A DNA stretch of 64,000 bases from contig DXJV01000068.1 in the NCBI GenBank assembly GCA_019056785.1, positions 81,670-145,669 on the forward strand, in the 5' to 3' direction. The DNA comes from Candidatus Heimdallarchaeota archaeon. Its GTDB lineage: Archaea > Asgardarchaeota > Heimdallarchaeia > JABLTI01. Within the stretch, counting starts at the first letter, position 1; the number at the start of each line of letters is the position of its first letter. Below the pieces are notes generated by a model that saw only the letters and a program-made list of their open reading frames with translations, was not told where the DNA came from and made no database searches. Position numbers and translations under genes: made by a program. Below, one piece after another: positions 59,361-64,000 of this stretch.

Positions 59361-61034
59361 ATGCCAGTAATCGACCTCCCTTTGAAGCGAGTGAATGAAC
59401 TGCTCGGGAAACAATTGTCATTAGAAGAGCTAGAAGAATATTGTTTGCAACTGGGCGCAGATATAGACGATAAACGAGAAGATGGCGTCAAAGTAGAATA
59501 TAATCCAAACCGCCCGGACTTTAGCAGCGTTCCAGGTTTCGTTCGCGCGTTAAAAGGCATAATGAACATCGAGACCGGCTTGCCAAACTATCCGTTAAAA
59601 AAAGGATCGTTAAAAGTTAAAGTTGAAAAAACCGTCGAACCCTTGCGGCCGTTTATTCAATGTGCCGTTGTCCGGAATGTCCACCTGACCAAAGAGAGCA
59701 TCGCTGAACTCATGAATACGCAAGAAACGATTCATTGGGTGGTGGGACGGGACCGGAAGAAAGTGAGTATTGGCATTCATGATATGCGGGATATCACCCC
59801 CCCGTTTCGTTACTATGGTGAGAAAGCAGATAGCCATGCGTTCATTCCCCTCGGAGAAGAAAGCCGAAAAATGACCCCAAAAGAGATTTGCGAGGAACAC
59901 CCAAAGGGAATCAAATATGCTCACCTTGTAAATAAAGATGGTTCAGTACCGTTTCTCGTTGACTCTAAGGGGGGTGTTTTGTCTTTTCCGCCAATAATTA
60001 ATGGTATTTTAACACTCGTAACAGAGAAGACTAAGGATCTCTTTATCGATGTCACAGGCACAGATGAGCAAGCAGTAAAAAACGCCCTAGAGATTCTAAC
60101 CTCATCATTCGCCGAAGAAGGCTACCAGGTAGAACAAGTGACCGTAGAGTACCCCGACAAGAAAACACTAATAACACCAACCTTTCAACCTTCGACCTGG
60201 TACTTGCGGCCAAAATACTTGAAAGAAGTCCTGGGTTTGGACTTGACACAAGAAGAACTGTTCAAAAACCTCGAGCGCTCACGATTCGGCGTAATTAAAA
60301 AAGAAAGCACTAGGAAAAAAATTGCTGTAAGTGTCCCTTCTTACAGAGTGGATATTCTCCATGAAGTCGATATTGTAGAAGATGTCGCTATTTCTTATGG
60401 TTATCATAATATTGAAGCAATATTGGATAATATTCACACCATAGGAGAAGAACATCCGGTCATTAAACGGCAAAATCAATGCAGGGACATCATGGTGGGG
60501 CTCGGATTCATAGAAGTGGTAACCTACACTCTTGTATCAAAAGAGTGGCAGTACACAAAAATGCGTACAAAAGGCACTCCCGTGGAATTATTAAACCCGG
60601 TAAGTAAAGAATATAACATTGTCCGGGATAGTCTCCTTCCAAGCTTGATCAACACATTGAAGCAAAACAAACCTTATACACTTCCACAGCGGATTTTCGA
60701 TATTGGAGACGTTGTGCGAATCAACGATGCGTATGAAACCAAAACCTCACGAGAAGTATTTCTAAGCGGAGCGACCATCCACTCGAAGGCAGATTTTGTG
60801 GAAGTTAAGGCAATAATCGAGGCCATCTTCAGAGGACTAGGCATAAACAATTACACTCTAGAAAGTGCAAGCCATCCCAGCTTCTTTGAAGGGCGATGTG
60901 CAAAGATACTAGTCGATAAAGAACCTGTGGGAGTCTTCGGGGAAATTCACCCAGAAGTCCTGAACAATTTCGAACTGGAGAATCCAGTGGCAGCATTTGA
61001 AATAGAGCTTGAGAAGCTGTTCCCCAAACTCTAA
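59361..61034 (+). CDS. pheT: Phenylalanine--tRNA ligase beta subunit
   Basis: NRPD, SFPPIING, RVDILHEVDIVEDVAI, NPVS, GEIHP. Confidence 0.97.
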   Translation: MPVIDLPLKRVNELLGKQLSLEELEEYCLQLGADIDDKREDGVKVEYNPNRPDFSSVPGFVRALKGIMNIETGLPNYPLKKGSLKVKVEKTVEPLRPFIQCAVVRNVHLTKESIAELMNTQETIHWVVGRDRKKVSIGIHDMRDITPPFRYYGEKADSHAFIPLGEESRKMTPKEICEEHPKGIKYAHLVNKDGSVPFLVDSKGGVLSFPPIINGILTLVTEKTKDLFIDVTGTDEQAVKNALEILTSSFAEEGYQVEQVTVEYPDKKTLITPTFQPSTWYLRPKYLKEVLGLDLTQEELFKNLERSRFGVIKKESTRKKIAVSVPSYRVDILHEVDIVEDVAISYGYHNIEAILDNIHTIGEEHPVIKRQNQCRDIMVGLGFIEVVTYTLVSKEWQYTKMRTKGTPVELLNPVSKEYNIVRDSLLPSLINTLKQNKPYTLPQRIFDIGDVVRINDAYETKTSREVFLSGATIHSKADFVEVKAIIEAIFRGLGINNYTLESASHPSFFEGRCAKILVDKEPVGVFGEIHPEVLNNFELENPVAAFEIELEKLFPKL

Positions 61035-61045
61035 AAATATGTGCA

Positions 61046-62572
61046 CTAGAAAATGACCGGCGTTGTACGTAAGCGTTCAATGTTGGTGCTATAGACTTCC
61101 CGGATGTCGTTCAAATCGAGTTTAAGCATCACTAACCGGTCGAGCCCTTGCCCCCAGGCAAGCACTTTTTCTTTCACGCCAAAGGGATAGGTAACCTCCG
61201 GGCGGAAAATGCCCGAGCCACCCATTTCCATCCAGGAGTTGAATTTGTCGACAAAAATGAGGGTGGACATGGAGGGCTCAGTATAAGGATAAAAGGAGGG
61301 GATCAACCGGACCTTCTTGAAACCCATCTTACCGTAGAAGGTTTTCAAATTACCCTTAAGATGGCGGAGGTCGACGTTTTTATCAACGACAATGCCTTCA
61401 ACTTGCATAAATTCAGACAAATGCTTGTAATCAATAGCTTCGTTTCGATACACACGGTCAACGGAAAAGACCTTCTCAGGGGGCTCCCACTCCTTGAACG
61501 CCTTGGATAAATGACGGCAAGTGGTAGCAGTAGTGTGCGTGCGCAAAACAAGACGCTCAGCTTCAGACATTTTCCATTTATAGCCCCAGCCGGTACTCTT
61601 GGTCCTCCAGCCATTCTCGTGAGTCTTTTTAACGTTCTGGACGATTTCCTTTGGAGGAAGTTTGGCTTTGGTTGGCTTGGCAACTTTGAAGGTGTCAGCA
61701 AGCTCGCGCGCAGGGTGGTCTTGAGGTTGGAAGAGCGCATCAAAGTTCCAGAACTCGGACTCAACAAGAGGACCACGAATCTCGGTGAAACCCATCTCAA
61801 GGAAAATCTCGCGAATCTCATTAATAACCTCAATAACAGGATGACGACGACCATAGTAAACAGGAGGAACCTGCTCTGTAGGGTCGTAGGGCTTGAACTT
61901 CGTCTTGCGCCATTTGCCGGAAATGATCAGAGAAGGAGTCAGCGTGGTCTCAAGCTTGCGCTGAACCTTTAACCCTTTCTCAAGCAATGCTTTGCCTTGA
62001 GGAGTTAAACGGGCAACACGATAATGACGCTCAAGAATCTCGACAATTTTACGCTTCTTGAGGTTCTGTAAACTCACAGCAATGGCTTGGTCCTGTAAAT
62101 GGTTGGTAATTGTGCCATCAGCAATAAGAGAGAGAGTAGTAAAGTCAATGTCCTCAGTCCGCGGTAAAAGCCGGAGAAACGTTTTCTTGCCCTCCTTGGA
62201 AAAAGCAACCCAGTTCTTGCGCTTAAGCCAGCCAATGGCAATATTAACCAGTTGTTCATCAATTTTGGCCTTCTTTTTAAATGCTTCAAGAAGAATGGGG
62301 TCCTTCTCGCGCTGTAAAGCAGCATAAAGCTGATGCTCAGGAAGACCATCCTTAAGATACCGCCGGCCTTCGTCAGTCAACAAAATACGCTGCTCAGTAC
62401 GCTCAATACTATCAACAAAACCTTTAGCCGTAAGCTCGAGAATCTCCCGGGCAACCTTCACAAGATCAAACTTAGTTGCCTTGGCAAGGGCCTCCTGGGA
62501 AACTTCGCCACGCTCATGAATAACCTTGAGGAGCTTGGCTTGATCAATAGTAACAGTCTGAGATGAGGGCAT
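61046..62572 (-). CDS. pheS: Phenylalanine--tRNA ligase alpha subunit
   Basis: FWNFDALFQPQDHPARE, LRTHTT, YRNE, YPYTEPS, GSGIFRPE, GLDRL. Confidence 0.97.
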   Translation of the reverse strand: MPSSQTVTIDQAKLLKVIHERGEVSQEALAKATKFDLVKVAREILELTAKGFVDSIERTEQRILLTDEGRRYLKDGLPEHQLYAALQREKDPILLEAFKKKAKIDEQLVNIAIGWLKRKNWVAFSKEGKKTFLRLLPRTEDIDFTTLSLIADGTITNHLQDQAIAVSLQNLKKRKIVEILERHYRVARLTPQGKALLEKGLKVQRKLETTLTPSLIISGKWRKTKFKPYDPTEQVPPVYYGRRHPVIEVINEIREIFLEMGFTEIRGPLVESEFWNFDALFQPQDHPARELADTFKVAKPTKAKLPPKEIVQNVKKTHENGWRTKSTGWGYKWKMSEAERLVLRTHTTATTCRHLSKAFKEWEPPEKVFSVDRVYRNEAIDYKHLSEFMQVEGIVVDKNVDLRHLKGNLKTFYGKMGFKKVRLIPSFYPYTEPSMSTLIFVDKFNSWMEMGGSGIFRPEVTYPFGVKEKVLAWGQGLDRLVMLKLDLNDIREVYSTNIERLRTTPVIF

Positions 62573-62765
62573 AAAACAAACCTCTTATACCCAATGAGCC
62601 AATCCTTAATTGAAAAATATTTCTATGAATAATAACTGAAAACAAAAGAAACTAGCCCCTGTCTTTACCCCGGCATTAACCTATTCAATACTCGTAACTG
62701 AACTCTTCTTTTACATTATCGTCATGAGATCATGGAAAAATCCAGTAACATTCTCATTTCAATGC

Positions 62766-63392
62766 TTATAATTGAGTACTTTCTTTTACAAACCTATCAT
62801 AAAAAAAGTTAACCTCATTTTCTATAATATCATTCATTTCTTCATCTGTAGGAGCTCGTTTGTGTATGTGTTTGAACTCTTTTCGACTGGACAAGACTTT
62901 ATCAAAAAATGTTACTAAAGTGAATTTGGGGGTTTCCTTGTTATGGAGTTTTTCATCTTCAGTAAGGATCTTCTGCATCTGTTTCTGTACTTCTATGAGA
63001 TCTATCCAAGCTTCAAATATTGCACGTATATATGGAATAGTCATAAACCAATCGAAGATGAGGTCTAACTGTTCTTCAGTAAGATCCCCTTCCAAAGGAA
63101 TGTTGTGTTTTTCATGATAGGTTAAGTAATCTTTAGCTATTTGGGTATCCATGTCTTTCGCGGTGTACTTATCAACATCTTTCTCCGTATCCTTGGCATC
63201 ATCTGACTTAATGCGGTATTCACATTGAATAGGGCATTCTTTACAATTGAAGTCACATGAAAAAATGATAATCGCTCCTTCTTGTTCATCTTCATCAATA
63301 CCTAATTCATCTTCAGTGAAGAATTCTCGAGGTAATAATTTACGAGGGGGTTTATTGCCAGTAGATTCCTTATCAGTTTGTTTTTCTTTCAT
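62766..63392 (-). CDS. Acidic hypothetical protein with Cys cluster
   Basis: 208-aa ORF; CDFNCKECPIQC; short xKD repeats. Confidence 0.6.
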   Translation of the reverse strand: MKEKQTDKESTGNKPPRKLLPREFFTEDELGIDEDEQEGAIIIFSCDFNCKECPIQCEYRIKSDDAKDTEKDVDKYTAKDMDTQIAKDYLTYHEKHNIPLEGDLTEEQLDLIFDWFMTIPYIRAIFEAWIDLIEVQKQMQKILTEDEKLHNKETPKFTLVTFFDKVLSSRKEFKHIHKRAPTDEEMNDIIENEVNFFYDRFVKESTQL

Positions 63393-63648
63393 TGGTCATT
63401 TACTCACTGTTTTTCATCATTGTTTTCACTATCTTTACAAATGATTACTGCTTTAGCATCAACTACTCTTATCTCATAAGAATCATCAGTATTTCTTGTA
63501 ATGATTACTTAATTCTTTTTGAGTGGGTAATGATACTGCACAACTCTTTCTAATCCCCTCGAATAGGTTGTTTATCCATTCATTGATTTTGGTTATTCTT
63601 TCCTTTATATATTAGTGCTGCTTCTTTGAGAATGGCAACATATGCATT

Positions 63649-63994
63649 ATTTCAATACTCATGATTGAGCTTTTTCTTTTGCAACTCTAAGATGGGTTCC
63701 TACAAACGACAGTTTTTATGGAGCGAATTTCAATACTCATGATTGAGCTTTTTCTTTTGCAACAAAATACATTCTCACGCAAGGGGAGATCCAAAGCAGG
63801 AGAAATTTCAATACTCATGATTGAGCTTTTTCTTTTGCAACATTATCAAGAAGACATTCCTTATGCGCGATTCTTTGATATATTTCAATACTCATGATTG
63901 AGCTTTTTCTTTTGCAACAAACTCTTTCATAGTTACCCTTCGAGTAAAAGACTCGAAATTTCAATACGCATGATTGAGCTTTTTCTTTTGCAAC
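63649..63994 (-). CRISPR. CRISPR array, five 37-bp repeats visible, continues past the window edge
   Basis: ATTTCAATACTCATGATTGAGCTTTTTCTTTTGCAAC at 63649, 63727, 63805, 63882 and 63958 (last with one T>G change); spacers 41, 41, 40, 39 bp; reverse complement ends ATTGAAAT, the typical crRNA handle. Confidence 0.98.
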
Positions 63995-64000
63995 TCATAA

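Noticed and set aside
2338-63444. Numerous short antisense or alternate-frame ORFs in the track (e.g. 9437-9916, 43445-44002, 61345-61854)
   Set aside because: They overlap well-supported genes and lack motifs; treated as shadow ORFs
63686-63957. Self-targeting CRISPR spacers
   Set aside because: No match elsewhere in the window was noticed by eye; an exact search is needed

Overview
Archaeal chromosomal segment, roughly 37-40% GC by eye. It most likely comes from an Asgard archaeon (Heimdallarchaeia-like; inference from longin-like, PCI-like and HEAT proteins, a PGF-CTERM surface protein, archaeal PriS/PriL/XPD/PheST/GGR, SepF and bacterial-type MutS/MutL). Housekeeping genes (purF end, purM, mutS, mutL, map, xpd, priS, priL, pheS, pheT, intron-containing tRNA-CAU) are interleaved with accessory genes, four genes interrupted by stops or frameshifts, and the left end of a CRISPR array with 37-bp repeats. 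Highlights: (1) a tandem-GNAT protein (13424-14518) that aligns by eye along its length with eukaryotic N-myristoyltransferase; (2) an unannotated 45-aa secreted peptide gene (50204-50341) divergent from a large HTH/Lrp-like regulator, with a palindrome at its promoter, a candidate peptide-signalling pair; (3) a tandemly duplicated 'surface protein + membrane-tethered wHTH regulator' module between purF and purM with a conserved promoter; (4) a corrinoid/homocysteine-methyltransferase/activation-domain/non-Pyl MttB operon suggesting folate-independent methionine synthesis; (5) a ~290-nt structured intergenic RNA candidate; (6) strong over-representation of CTCGAG. All family assignments come from motif recognition only; no searches were run.
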